From Octopus bimaculoides (taxonomy: Eukaryota), in assembly GCF_001194135.2 (NCBI RefSeq), contig NC_069000.1, positions 9,172,372 through 9,236,371 on the forward strand: a stretch of 64,000 nt of DNA. Reading direction: 5' to 3'. Position 1 is the stretch's first letter. Each line of letters begins with the position of its first letter. The notes beneath the pieces are model-generated. The model saw nothing but the letters and a program-made list of their open reading frames with translations, did no database searches and was not told where the DNA came from. Positions 26,522 through 40,648 of this stretch are shown here, piece after piece. The position numbers were made by a program, and so were the translations under genes.

Positions 26522-28086
26522 ATATCATGCAGTAATTCCTATTCCAGAATTAAACTGATAAGTCATGAATTAAAGTTAACAATAACCATGTTTACGTTCA
26601 TGGTAATTAAAAATTAAGTTAAATAGTTTTCTCTTTCTCCCTACCTCGCTTCATCTACCTTTCATTGATGTAGACATTTTTAAGTTGAACTGGTGTATTT
26701 TCAATTTCTGATAAATAAATACTAGTAATTATTGATGTTTTAACCGTTGAAAGTAGAGAGTAGGTAAACAGTTAAGAGATTATGTTTAGTTATTAGCACT
26801 CATGTGTTGTAGGCTGAGTAACTATAAAAGAAAGAAATACATTTTACTGCCATAGTATGCAATAAGAACCTTTGTGCTTGATGTGTAATTTGCTAGTTTG
26901 CTGTGTTGTACATAAATCTCGCCACTGGTCAAAACTTACAAGAGACAGAGATCTTATTCTTAATGCCATGAAAACTGGGCTCCACTCAAGTGCTCTCTGT
27001 GATGCCTGATTATGGCACAAGATTTAAAAACAAGAATACTATGCCATGGTCATAATGTCCTTTAACTCAACACAGTCCCTGTGTCTTGGTTACAAAATAT
27101 TATTATTGTAATATGTCTTTACTTCAATGTACTTCAAGCTAAAAGCATCAAGATGATATGGTCGAACAACAATAATATACCTTAATTGTATGGTACTAGT
27201 AATGTTATTTACTTTAAAAATAAAACACCTTGACAACAATATCATCTTCAGTAATGCAAATTGACTGTAGTGCAATGTTCCTTAAAGTACCCTAACAAAA
27301 GGATATCATGACTGAAATGTGCCTTGATTATATAGTTTCACTACAGTAATATATCTCAACTCCATGACACTTCAATTATAAGACGTCATAAATCTGTTTA
27401 CTCCATGGATTATTTTTGAAGGAAATAAGATCTTATGTTGAAGAATTTATAAGCTTTGAATATTGTGACTACATTTTGCCTAAAACTTTGTCAGACAAAT
27501 TTATATATTTTCTAAACTAATTAATCTGCTTCCTTTCATGCCACTGAGAATTGTAGTATCAGAATTTGGTTCCATTAATAGACAACATAGCAAAACTCAA
27601 TTTTGAGATGCTGTAAAATTACCCAACTGAATAATTATTTAATTCTCTGGTCTGAAATTAGTATCTACCAACCAACCAACCAACCAACTAACCTCAAGGA
27701 AGGAATTTATAGCAAAAAGCAAAAAATAAGTGAAAGTAAAACATAGGCAGGGAAAATATTTTAGATGGTTACAGAGCTGAAGAGAGAAAGGGTTAAGATA
27801 GTCTATAGTGAGGGGTTTAGGGAATGAAATACAGTAAGAATGATAGGGAATTTAGATGGGTATGATATAAAGATTGCGAGTTCAGAGAGGTAGACACCAT
27901 TAAAGTAGAGGTAGAAGGGAGATAGAAAGAGGAAGTAGCTGGTATGGGATAATGATTGTAGTATAGCGGTGAGTTAATCTTTGCCAATCAACAAGGCAGT
28001 CAGTTTTTGGAAGTGGTCTACAATACTTGGTAAGGGATTTAGTTTCCTTTTTTGATATATATACACACACACATGCAGGCATACAA

Positions 28087-28124
<38 letters not shown>

Positions 28125-28502
28125 ACATATATATACATAGATACATATATATAATCATTTAACATCCACTGTCCATTTTCCTGTACTTGCATGGGTCAAA
28201 AATTTGTTGAGGTAGATTTTGTAAGGCCAGATACCCTTCCTATAGCAAATTCTGACCTATTTCTAAGCAAGGTAATATTTTCCCATAGCTAGAGATGTTT
28301 TTCATGAAAGACTAAACAAAGCTTGCTTGTATGACAATAGTGCTCATTTACAATCATTATGTGATGTTTAAACATAGGTACACACAAACACACATATGCA
28401 TAAGTATATATGATGTGCTTATTTCAGTTTCCGTACCAAATCCACTCACAAGGCTTCAGTTGATTAGAGACATTAGTAGAAGACATATATATATATATAT
28501 CC

Positions 28503-28697
28503 TCATCATCATCATCATTTAATGTCTGCTTTCCATGCTAGCATGGGTTGGACGATTTGACTGGGGACTGGTGAACCAGATGGCTACACCAGACTCCAAT
28601 CTGATCTGGCAGAGTTTCTACAGCTGGATGCCCTTCCTAATGCCAACCACTCCGAGAGTGTAGTGGGTGCTTTTTACGTGCCACCGGCATGAGGGCC
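28503..28697 (-). mobile_element. 5'-truncated (CAT)n-tailed SINE; an older relative lies at about 28145-28380
   Basis: High similarity to 63768-63965. Confidence 0.9.
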
Positions 28698-30271
28698 AAA
28701 TACACATATTTACGAGTTAGTAATAGAAGGATGCACACCACTTTTATGCCCATATCCTTTGAAGTCTCTCTCAGATTGATGAATCTCATGCCAAATTTGA
28801 AAATTATACACACTAAAATATGAAGACATACATTTAAAATATTTTACAATTCACTTCAATGCGATTGTCTTGGAATTCAAGCACCATTGCATTCACTGAA
28901 TGGGAAAGTGATGCAACAAAGGGTATTGAAAAGGGATTTTAACTGTACATGTAAATCACAGTAGTTTATTTGAATAACAAGCTGGAAATAATTAGGTACA
29001 AAGGTAAAAATCAATTGACTTAACCTTAGGATATTACTGGTACTTTTCATTTCCACCCCACTGCCATCTCAGAAAGATGAAACACTGGGAGAGTATGAAG
29101 AACTAAACTAGATACTGTACAACATTCCAAGTATCTAATTTAGTTCTCCACTCTTTATACCAACTCCAACAACAACAACAACAATGATTCCTAATTAAGG
29201 TACAAGAGGGCAAGTTTATGACATTGTGCCTAAGAAGGGAGGGGGGTGGGTATAGGAAATTAAATTGACACTAGTATTTGACTAGTAATTATTTTACCTA
29301 TGATAGAAAGATGAAAGACAATGCTGAGCCTGAGTAATGATGCAGGGAAAAAAGAAATGTAAAGCAACACCACAGGGTGTTTAAGCTTAGCATTTAGCAA
29401 AAGTGGCAACAACATCAACAGCAACAATGCAACAGCAACACTCATAAGGTAATCTCTTAAAAGAAAATGAAGTTAAGATTTTTTAACAGCTTAAATATAG
29501 AAGTGGGATATCATGGACTCACACATAATAGATTTTTTTTTTTTTCAAAAACATCTAACAATAAAAAAAATTGCAGAAAACAAACGAAACAAGGAACCAA
29601 GAACCAGAATAAGACAAGAACAAGAAAAATAACAAAAAGATTAATATTGTGCTGTTAAGTGGTCTCCCTTTAAACAGGAGCGATACTATTGACAGAGTTG
29701 GATCAAATCAAATTACTTATACACAACCTTGTTCCTCAATAGTAATGATTGGTTTTGAATAAACACAGCTAATATTGAAAGAGAGAATGTATCTAGTTGG
29801 CTGCATTGATTTTACTGTATATATCTAACACATTTAGAAAGTCTGCTTAAAGGATGTAAAGTAGAATTGGCCCTGGGAGGTTTAAACTCAGAACAGAGAT
29901 GTATTGAATCAGATAGAAAGAAGTAATAATCCAACTCTGCAGAATTAGTTCTCTCCAAGCCAAAACCATTTTTTTCTTAATTCTAAGCCATTTACAGAAT
30001 TATTATTTATATCTTTTTAACATAAAATTTCCAAGTTATTATTATGTGTGGATATATATATATATATATATATANNNNNNNNNNNNNNNNNNNNNNNNNN
30101 NNNNNNNNNNNNNNNNNNNNNNNNNNNNNNNNNNNNNNNNNNNNNNNNNNNNNNNNNNNNNNNNNNNNNNNNNNNNNNNNNNNNNNNNNNNNNNNNNNNN
30201 NNNNGTGTATAAGTATTCATAGGAAAAAATATAAATAGTATCATTTATTTCAAAGTAATTTATCATCTGAC

Positions 30272-30322
30272 CTGTGCCTCTCCTTGCTCAGCTGCACCCA
30301 GGTCAGATTCATGAGCGTGTTC
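30272..30322 (-). CDS. IQ-gene microexon B (17 aa): EHAHESDLGAAEQGEAQ
   Basis: Long pyrimidine tract ending ttctcag, 51 nt, donor CAG|GTCAGA, phase 0-0, GC-rich island in AT-rich intron. Confidence 0.65.
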
Positions 30323-30594
30323 CTGAGAATATGAAAAAAAAGAAAGAAAAAAAAACATGCAGCAGGCAATTAGTAAGGAGTGTTAGGTAAAAGATTAATG
30401 ATAAAACACTCAAAATATTTTTTTTAAATATCAACCTTTCCCACACAAAATAGAAAAATAGATAAACAAACAAAATAGAGAAAAGGAGAAACTTTAAGGT
30501 AATTCTGAAAGAGATAATGAAAATTGGAAATTAACTATTTCTACCTGAAATTCTAACAATTTGTTTCTTTATTTAGAATCTGTGTACCTCCGAG

Positions 30595-30650
30595 AATTAC
30601 TGTGTAAGACTACAGGCTGAAGGCCACCGGTTCAAATCCTGGCTCTGTGT
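30595..30650 (+). pseudogene. tRNA-like fragment or SINE head
   Basis: B-box ggttcaaatcc with partial anticodon/variable-arm context; no complete cloverleaf. Confidence 0.35.
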
Positions 30651-30859
30651 CAATCAGTATCAAAATAATTAGTTTGGTTTATCCAGACACAGACCAGGAA
30701 GCACTGTGCAAGTAATGACTTTTTCAGAAGATTGCATTGCTGAGTTCAAGTCTTCCTTTGAGCCAAGTGTAGGTAAAAAGGAAATTACAGATTCTTCAAA
30801 TTCACAGGATCATTTGTGATTTACTTTCTTTGTGGTACAGATAGTAATATAAACAAGAA

Positions 30860-30909
<50 letters not shown>
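30860..30909. repeat. (TG)n microsatellite
   Basis: Direct inspection. Confidence 0.98.
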
Positions 30910-30913
<4 letters not shown>

Positions 30914-31909
30914 GGGGGATTCTCTGTCAGTGTTGACACTGAACATTCCTTTGATCAACTCATGAAATTAACCCATTATCTGCCAAATTTTTTTTATTCA
31001 TACTTTTTGGCTGTGCCAGGTGGCTTAGGAGTTAAAATGATATATAGCATTTAAATTTTCTTCATATGTGAATTATTTTGGAAATTATGATAAATTCTTT
31101 GAAAAGTCCTGCATGGGGATTGCTGAAAAAAAGCATATTTATCCTTTTCTATTCGATTACAGTAATAAACATTTTAGTTATTTTGAAACTATAGTATCAA
31201 ATGCAAATGTGTATGAAATATCAATGAACGATGTAGATGGGAAATGCAGAAAAAAAATAGTTTCCAAAGCAGTCAATATTTTTGTAATTCAAAAATTGCG
31301 ATTTATGACATAAAATGTCCTCTAGAATTAGCCAGAGCCAATAACGACAAACTTTTAACTACTGAATATTGTTAAAAACACCTCTGCAAATGCAACGATG
31401 TGCATAAGCAATTCACTTTAAATACAACGAACNNNNNNNNNNNNNNNNNNNNNNNNNNNNNNNNNNNNNNNNNNNNNNNNNNNNNNNNNNNNNNNNNNNN
31501 NNNNNNNNNNNNNNNNNNNNNNNNNNNNNNNNNNNNNNNNNNNNNNNNNNNNNNNNNNNNNNNNNNNNNNNNNNNNNNNNNNNNNNNNNNNNNNNNNNNN
31601 NNNNNNNNNNNNNNNNNNNNNNNNNNNNNNNNNNNNNNNNNNNNNNNNNNNNNNNNNNNNNNNNNNNNNNNCTTTAAAGAGAGAGAAAGAGAGAGAGGGG
31701 GGGGAGAGAAATGGAGGGGAGAAAGGGAGGAGCTGACACCCCCTCCCCCAGTAATAGACTGGTAAAAAGCACAGCTGATGTTGGTGGTATTTGAACTCAG
31801 CATGCACAGTGCTGATCTGTAAACTGATTAGTTCTATCAGACACTAACAATCTTGCCAATCTGCTGGCTGTAAGCAAGCATACACATATTTTGCCATATT
31901 CATCTTTAC

Positions 31910-31954
<45 letters not shown>

Positions 31955-32724
31955 AGTTGGAGGTAAAGAAAAAAGTGTAAGAAAAGACCCAACTTTGTAA
32001 AGATAGTTTTAGACAGTACTAATGGAATATATTAATTTGAAGTAAGACTGTGTTCCCCCCACCTCCTTTCATTTTAAAATTTAAGTGTCAAACAATACAA
32101 ATAATGCACCAATAACAATACATATAAATATAGTTAGATTTAAGTATCTGGCTGTCAACATTAACAGCTTCACTTATGTGAGCATATCAAAAAAAAAAAT
32201 GTAAAAAATTTTATCCTAAGAATATATGTTCTATATGTTACCAAACATCATTTTCTTGATGGAGAACCAATTTTACATAACACAAAATAGTTATATTTTT
32301 ACTTGTCATATTCTGTAAAACAATCTATGTATTAATACATATGTGTGTATGAGAGTATGCATGTGTATGTGAGAATGTGCACAGGGGTATGTATACACAC
32401 ATACAGTAGGCTTCCTGTAATTTCCATCAACCAAATTTCATTACATGGCATTGGATGTATCAGGGCTACAATAGAAGACACTTAACCAAGATGCCTCTCA
32501 GCAAGACTGAACTTGAATCCACATGGTTGCAAAGTGGACATCTAAACCATACAGCAATATACATGTATGTATATATATATATCTATGTATATTAAATACA
32601 CACACACACATTATGCAGTTTGTTTTACATTAGTTTTCCATGCTAGCATGGGTTAGACAAGGATTTATTTTGATGTAGCATTTTACAACTGGATGACTTT
32701 ATTTTTAACTTTTTACTATTTTTC

Positions 32725-33120
32725 AGCAGGTTGTTTCTTGAGAATATTAAGAACAAAAGAAGTCATGCTGATTCCATGGAATACACTTGTTTTCTGTTGT
32801 CCAGTATTAGTGCTTCCGGTGTGAAGCTCACCACTGAAGTGGAAGCAATCCAAAAGTTGTATAGAAAGACATGCATCAGCTTAGCATGTATCAGCTTAAG
32901 CAACTGGCAAAAGTTGAAAGTTCTAAGACTCTGTTCCATAGTGTGCAGTAATTTATATCATGAAAATCTTGATAAGACTAGTATCAAACTTTGGCATTGA
33001 AAGCAGTGTGAATCTATGACTTGGCTGCTGCTACAGTGTGTCTTCTCTTTGCTAACTTAACATTTGATACTGCAATAGCTTGGAGTTGAAACAACCATAG
33101 TTTCTCCTCAGTATTTAAGT
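32725..33120 (+). mobile_element. Decayed CR1-like LINE 3' region
   Basis: ORF 32731-33000 contains VKLTTEVEAIQK..SNWQKLKVLRLCS, followed by NFGIES in a shifted frame, matching the CR1-type ORF2 C-terminus pattern (LE.IQR..SYWERL..L.LYSL). Confidence 0.65.
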
Positions 33121-36100
33121 TATTTGATCAACTGAACTATAAACTCATTATATATATTATATATATTATAGTGTTTTTGTTAAACATTTTATTTAGGTAC
33201 CTATGTAATTGTGAGCAGATATAGACACCTTCTTAGGGTCCCTCACCTTTGAGCCAGTGGATTATCTAGGATGTGATAGCTAAAGAGAGAGAGAGGGCTA
33301 AAATAAGCAGCCTTAAATGGAATGCTTTTTTCAAGGACACAGTGCACTGCCTGGTTCAAGAATTTATTATTTATTTATTCATAAAATTTGTCAAATCTTT
33401 ATATTAAAAGTATGTCTGTTACATATATGATGGAACTTGCACTATAGTGTAAGTAGTGGATGAACATTCCACTGATGCCTGTTTGTTTAATGTAAAATAA
33501 GTAGGTAGAGTCAGTGTGACAGTGTATCTAGACTAGCCCTTTAAATTACAAGCATAGAACATCCAACAGGCTTCCTTATACTTCCTGTCTATGCAATTTT
33601 AAGTCTCACAAGGCTTGAGTCCTCCTCAGGCTTTGGTAGAGAATATTTGTCCAAAGTGCTACATACATTCAGATCAAACACGACGGTTGCATGATTGCTA
33701 AGTAAACTTCTAAATCACACAGCCATGCCTGTGTCTGCATGCATCCACACATACAAACACACAGATATACATATACATGAATGGCAGAATTGATAAAATG
33801 TTGGACAAGTGCCATGTGGTATTTTGTATGTCTTTTTAAATTCTAAATCCAAATCTCACTGAGGTTCAATTTGCCTTTCGTCTTTTCAGAGTTGATAAAA
33901 TAAGCACTGGGATCAATATAAGTGACAATACATTCAAAGGTAGAGTCTCAGCAATGACTGAAATACATATGAGTGCAATATTAAACAACCAGACAACAAT
34001 CAGAGTAGCACCTGTTCAACTACTTAAAACATTATTAAAGAAGTTACTATGAACATTATAATAGTTATTCTCACATGAAGAATATTTGCCAACAATTGAT
34101 TCTCACTAAGCTACTGATGTTTATTTCAAAACAAACAACAAAAGAATAATAGAATTTTCCCTTTAAAAGTAATTCAAAACAAATTATATGTTTAATTGTG
34201 CATATAATATTAAAAATATTTTTATTTCATTTTTAAAGCTATATTTATGAGTATTTATTTGTATATTTCTAGAGACATATTTTGAAATATATTGGCAATT
34301 TTTTTTGTTTTCCATTTAGTTATTTTTGCTATAATTATGTATACTTTTATCATCACCTCTGTAGACAGATGATTAATTTTAATATCTTTATCAGATGTCC
34401 GCTTTTCATCCCCTACCAACACACATCCATCCTTTTCCTCCATCTTCACATCCCACTCTCATATAATAATTCAAGTTAATTCTGTTCAAACAGTACAGTA
34501 GAATCTAACCCCGTAGTTAAAATGCACTCTAATAATAACATTTGACCACATCATTAAATATACCAGGCTATGAAAATAGCCAACACGTTCTCTAATTATA
34601 AAAGAACAAAGAAATTATTATGACACCAGTCAGATAATGATCTGTGATAGTAACTGTGGAATATAAAAGATGAAAATAGTCACAACCCACCCTTCACTCC
34701 CATTTCCCTGATTCATGTCCCCTTTTTTGTCTCTAACTAGAGTACTACCTATTTAGAGACTATGTGCATATCTATCTATCATTCTTTTCTAATGAAGCAT
34801 TAGCTTTCTCTTCACCTCACCACAATTTACTCTACCTCCATTTGTTTCTTTTTTTCTTGACTTTCTTGTGTGTTACAAGGACATTCAAAATAAATATTAG
34901 TTAGCAAACATATGTATGCATGTGTGTTTTGCACTTTTTGCAGAGGGTCATATTAGCAATGCCATGTATATGAAAGTATTTATGATAAATATTTCAACCA
35001 AAGATTTATGAATTGACATCCTTATCAACCTACAAACCAATACATTCTCTATTCATTTCAAATCAATGCATGCTTTAAATACAGCTGTTAAACAGCAAGT
35101 TTCTAATTACTTAGAATCATAGAACATAGCAACTTAAAAAATGATAAACACTGGTTCTTTTAACACACACCAGATAAGTAAACAGTTGATGGAAAATACA
35201 CACAAAATAAATAATATTAATAAAAGAACAGGACTTCCTCTAAAAAAAATAAGCTTTAAAAGATTCCTTGAATTGAGTGAATTTGAATCTCTAAATTTCT
35301 TGTTGTTACATATATCTTAAAACAAAATTTGTGTGACCATTTTCTAACAGTGTCCATTTATATTTTCCAACTCAGTAAAATGTAATAGGTGAAGTAATTG
35401 TACTTTAAGGTAATTAAATATACTAAGTTAAAATTTAGGCACAGACACAAATAAAAGGAAAACAAAAGCTTAATGGTATAACTGTGCAATTCTCTACCAA
35501 GTAGACTACTGGAAAAAAACATGTAAGTTATTATAAAAGAAATTTCAATAAATAAAAAAGCAGTGCTCCAGCATGGCCGCAGTCAAATGACTGAAACAAG
35601 TAAAAGAATAAAAGAGGAACTGAAAAATAAGCTCAGAAAATGCTGATGTTTAAAGAAAGAAACATAAATCAAGTATATTGATGACTCTGCAGACAATTGG
35701 TAGAGCATTCACATCACAATATAGGACAGACTACCAACCTCCCTCTCTCCCTCTCATTCAGAACAATATAGTTCCTCAACCTACTAGAAATAGCAGCCAG
35801 GTCTCAATCTACTAAACCTTACTGAAAATAAGATGGATGGAGCTGACTTTGGGATTGAACAGCAACTGCAACAACAACACGAGACTGCACTTGGATGTTA
35901 TGGCATAAGTTTTGGATGTCATGTTCATAAAGTTTGAAATTTTTTGAAAACTGGGTTTGAATGTTCTTGGAGCCTTTCCCAAAAGGATTAAGTGGTGTAT
36001 GTAATGTGAGATGAAACTAACCAGGAGTCAAAAACCTAATTAGTAAGGAGTGTATAGAACTCTCCTTGTCAGCATATGACACTACCTTCTAACCTTAGTA

Positions 36101-37676
36101 CAGTTTTGTGAGGATGGGTGCAGTCAATGTAACTGCCATCACTGCTGCCAAAGCTATTACTTATTTTATTGACCTCAGAAGAATGAAAGCAAAGTCGGTA
36201 GGATTTGAACTTCAAACATAAAGAAACACCACTACAAATTATTCACTGTTAAATCCTATTTTCTTTACACTCTCTTGTTTGTACACAATATTAATAATGT
36301 ATTTAATCTATTTTCTCCAGTTTTACTTGCTTTATTGCCTTGTTTCTGTCATGCAATCATAAGAGAAATGATACACTTACAATCTCATCCTTTAAACACC
36401 AGCCAATTGTATGCCTATTTCAGTCTGATATACTGAAAGAAGAGGAGTAATATGCCTTGACAACACAATTGCTGTAGCAAAGAGTCAAACTCTTTGTTAA
36501 ATAATTGAGTAAAGCAGTGCATAGATTTTAAAAATATCTCTGAAATTGTGGAATGGCTTCTTTTTATCTCTTACTGGGAGTTGAAATAGAGAAAGAAACA
36601 AGCTAGCCTGGACAAAGCAAAACAAAAATGCAGCAAGAGGGAAGTAAGAGTTAAAAGAAAAAGATGGAGTAAGAATCCAGAAGAAAAAAAAGAGGAAAGA
36701 GAGTAGGATTGGGATAATAGATAAACATGTAAATGAGGAAAGAAGAGAAAGAAATAATCATATTTATATAAAAAATAAAATTAAAATTAAAAAAACTCAG
36801 AAAACTTAACCCCAAAAAAACAAAACAAACTCAAAGACAGAAACCTTTATTGCAAATACATAGCAAAACTTCATACATGGAGGAATAAATAAAACATTCT
36901 TCCAACAGATAAATTACAATAAGACACTTGTCGACATTTTCATGCGCCATGTTATGTTTGGAGCAAGCTGAAGATTCATTCTTACATACTAGATGTGTTT
37001 TTCTTGACAACTAGAAATTGTTGTCTTGTTTTTTACTTTTGTTTATGTAGTTATTAACTTCAGTCAACTTTACAACACAAATGCCTTCATAATTGAAGCT
37101 ATAGTAGCTACAAATAAAGACACGATAGAAACCTTTTAGACATAAACAATGATTTCAGTATGAAATCAAAGCTGTCATGATTTAACTACATATATTATTG
37201 CAATTTTGTGAAGCAAATAAATAAATAAAATACATCACTTGTATAACATAAATTTAGATATTTTGATACTTGAATCACAATGAGAAGTTTAAAATATGTA
37301 ATTTTCAGCATTTCAGAATTTTTTTTGAAAAATTTAGGAAAAAATTGATGGTAATATTAGCAATCAGTGGCAACAAATTGGCCAATATAACCTGTATTTA
37401 TTTTGGAATATTTATGAGTCTAATCAAGAAATAACTGCATCAACTTCCCATCCCAGTAACAACAAAAACAACAGCAGTATCATTTATTAAAGGTGTCAGC
37501 TAAAAGAAGCAAAGAAGTAAGAAAAAAATTTTTGAAAAATAAAACTACTGCAAAACAAAACATGATTTTTAAAGCATTCAGGTATTTTCAGAATATTTTA
37601 TTCAGTTTTCAAAATAAATAATGGTAAGAAAACAACAAAAAGTTGCTCAATCTATAAAGTTGACATGTACACATGC

Positions 37677-37707
<31 letters not shown>

Positions 37708-40648
37708 ATTGTTTCTAAAAAGACCCCAATATAAATATGTAAATATATAAATACTTAGTTTATACATTCAACTATACAGAAAGCCTACTTTATTAAACTA
37801 GTGAAAGCATAATTGTGTATATGTGTGTGTGAATATATATATTTATATATACACACACACACATATACACATACATATAATGATGATGATGAATACGATG
37901 GTAATGACGATGATGATATTGGTTTCTACTTTTGACGCAAGGTCAGTAATTTCAGGGGAGGGCGTAAGTTGATTACATTGACCCAGAAATTAACTGGTAC
38001 TTATTTTATCAACTTTGAAAGGATGAAAAGCAAAGTTTACCTCGGCAGAATTTGAACTCAGAATGTTAAGACAGACGAAATACCACTAAACATTTTGCCT
38101 GGCATGCTGGCAATTTTGCCAGCTTGCTGCAATGATAATAATAATAGTAATAATAATAATAATAATAATGATGATGATGATAATATAATCCATTTATTTG
38201 TCACCAAGACCACTTATTCATACATGCATAACATCTCACAAAAGGATTTAAAGGACCTACTGGGGAATATGACATGATGCAATATATATGTATATATNNN
38301 NNNNNNNNNNNNNNNNNNNNNNNNNNNNNNNNNNNNNNNNNNNNNNNNNNNNNNNNNNNNNNNNNNNNNNNNNNNNNNNNNNNNNNNNNNNNNNNNNNNN
38401 NNNNNNNNNNNNNNNNNNNNNNNATATATATATATATATATATATATATAATAGCAGAGAGGCAGATGGAAATAAAAGACACAACAGCAATTTAAATTCC
38501 ATCAAAATAATGAGTTTGAAGTTCAGCAATAAACCTACTACTTTGTAGGAGAGAAATATAGTTGATGGAATAATCACTAGTACATTACTTGTACAGAATG
38601 TAACAAGTTGATGTTAAATACAACGATACCTTTAGTTTGACACTCAAAAAATTTCTGTAACTACACTACCCTTTAAGAACAGTAGCTATGGTTGCCTTCT
38701 GTAATCTAGATACAATTCTTTCATTCATTTATATATATATATACATTATTTAATAACAGTTTTATTTGGTTCCATGCAGCTTAAAGTTTTACGGGCTCGT
38801 AAAATGAACCTAGCTCTTCAGGCATGGGTAACCAAATCACATAATTCCTACCAAATATGTTGAGTGCCGCTGTCTTTCATTCAACTCAAGCATATACACA
38901 CATGAAAAATAGATGAAAAATACTGTGATCATGATTCATTGATTACAATGCAGTAATCTTTGAACAGAAGACATACATTCAAAATCCTTCATAAGTTGAA
39001 AGACTGCCCACCCACCCAAAAGTTTAGTTTTATCTCTAAGATGATTCCTCTGGTTAAATTTCCAGGAGATAGTTTATAATAATTCTTATCTTGATTAACT
39101 AATACAGTTCTAACACAATTTGATGCTAAGCTATTAATATATTAATCCTCTGACTTCAACAAGAAATTCGTATTTTCTGATTTCCTATTATTGGGTTGGA
39201 TAATTCTGCAAATTTGAATATTTGTATATAAATTATTACAGCAGTTATTTTTAAAGTTGAGTGCCTTACCTACTCAACTTTGAAGTGTATGCAGCAGGGA
39301 AGACATAAGGAATAAGAATAACGGTTATATAATATACACTAAATTTATATTCAATATATTATATTTAAAGATCACTCATAAAATACAGTGTACTATTATA
39401 AATAATGGGTGAGATTTTGATGGAATAATAATAGGATTTAAGGAATAACAATAGGATAACCTTTATAATTTAAACAAATATTTCATCAAGTATGTAATTC
39501 ACAACCCTGTAAACTAATGTTCTCACACTAATATTATTATAAATGTAAGTTCTTGGTAATTTTTCTCTTAATCTTAATTTTTAGTGTGATTATTGTCAAA
39601 TTATACTGTATTATTTGTATCCTCAGTGTTGTTACTGCTTATTATTGACTCATAAGACCATTTTAATAATGAATTGCTAGGAAAACTAAGATTAATCTCA
39701 ATAATTGAATAGCAGCAATCAGGAACACAGCGTTGACATTAGGTAGTTATTTATGTAAATAAAACACGCAAAGGTTGTATGGAATGAAATTATATAAAGT
39801 AAAGTTCTCAGTAGATTTGAATGATAACAAATTTGAAAGTGAAAATAAAATGGGACAAAACATTTATAAAAATTCTAAAAATATTTATAGTCAGAATATT
39901 AAGAAGATGTATGTAGAGAAGAATGTAGTTGTTATTTGAAAAGAGCTTATCTTAGAAAATTTCAGGCTTACATTGTAAGAAGTCTGATTGCAATACATTA
40001 AATGAATTGGGCCAAATTTTTATTTTAAAGTTAACTTATAATTTGATTACACAAACTTAACATCTATAATGACTTGTTAATTAAAACATCTGTGACTGAA
40101 TAGTTATTTGACATCAGTTTATATATGTGCATGTTTGTGCATGTGCATGCTTGCACACACAGATGCTGCTATAACTTTCAATGTAAAGATGAAGAATTAT
40201 ACACACATAGATTCATCTACATCTATATTCAATAGTACTCATATACATAAATATTCATAGTCATATCTCTTGTAGATAATTATACATACATGCAGACAAC
40301 TATGTAAGTATTTGTCCTAATTCTATATAATGTATTCTACAATCATAAAAGCATACATACAAATAATATTCCAGATATATTTGAAAACTCTACAAAACAC
40401 TTCACACGGAAATATAAGCATGTCTTTCAATAACAAAAAACACACAAAAGAAAAAGAATCAACAAAGGTTCAAATAAATTAAGTTCCGTGGATGATAAAG
40501 CGGAGAAGGACTACTGATGGAGCATAAAATCATCTTCAAAACGGGTGACTAAAACAGCAAAATGTTGCGAGTCAGTCTATGGGGCAAAGGAGATCTATGG
40601 AGCAAGTCTATTGGCAAGAAAGTCAACTCATGTTTCATGCTTGCCTAC

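Noticed and set aside
26021-26617. 198-aa ORF and overlapping ORFs
   Set aside because: Open only because of the N-gap and a GC-rich SINE.
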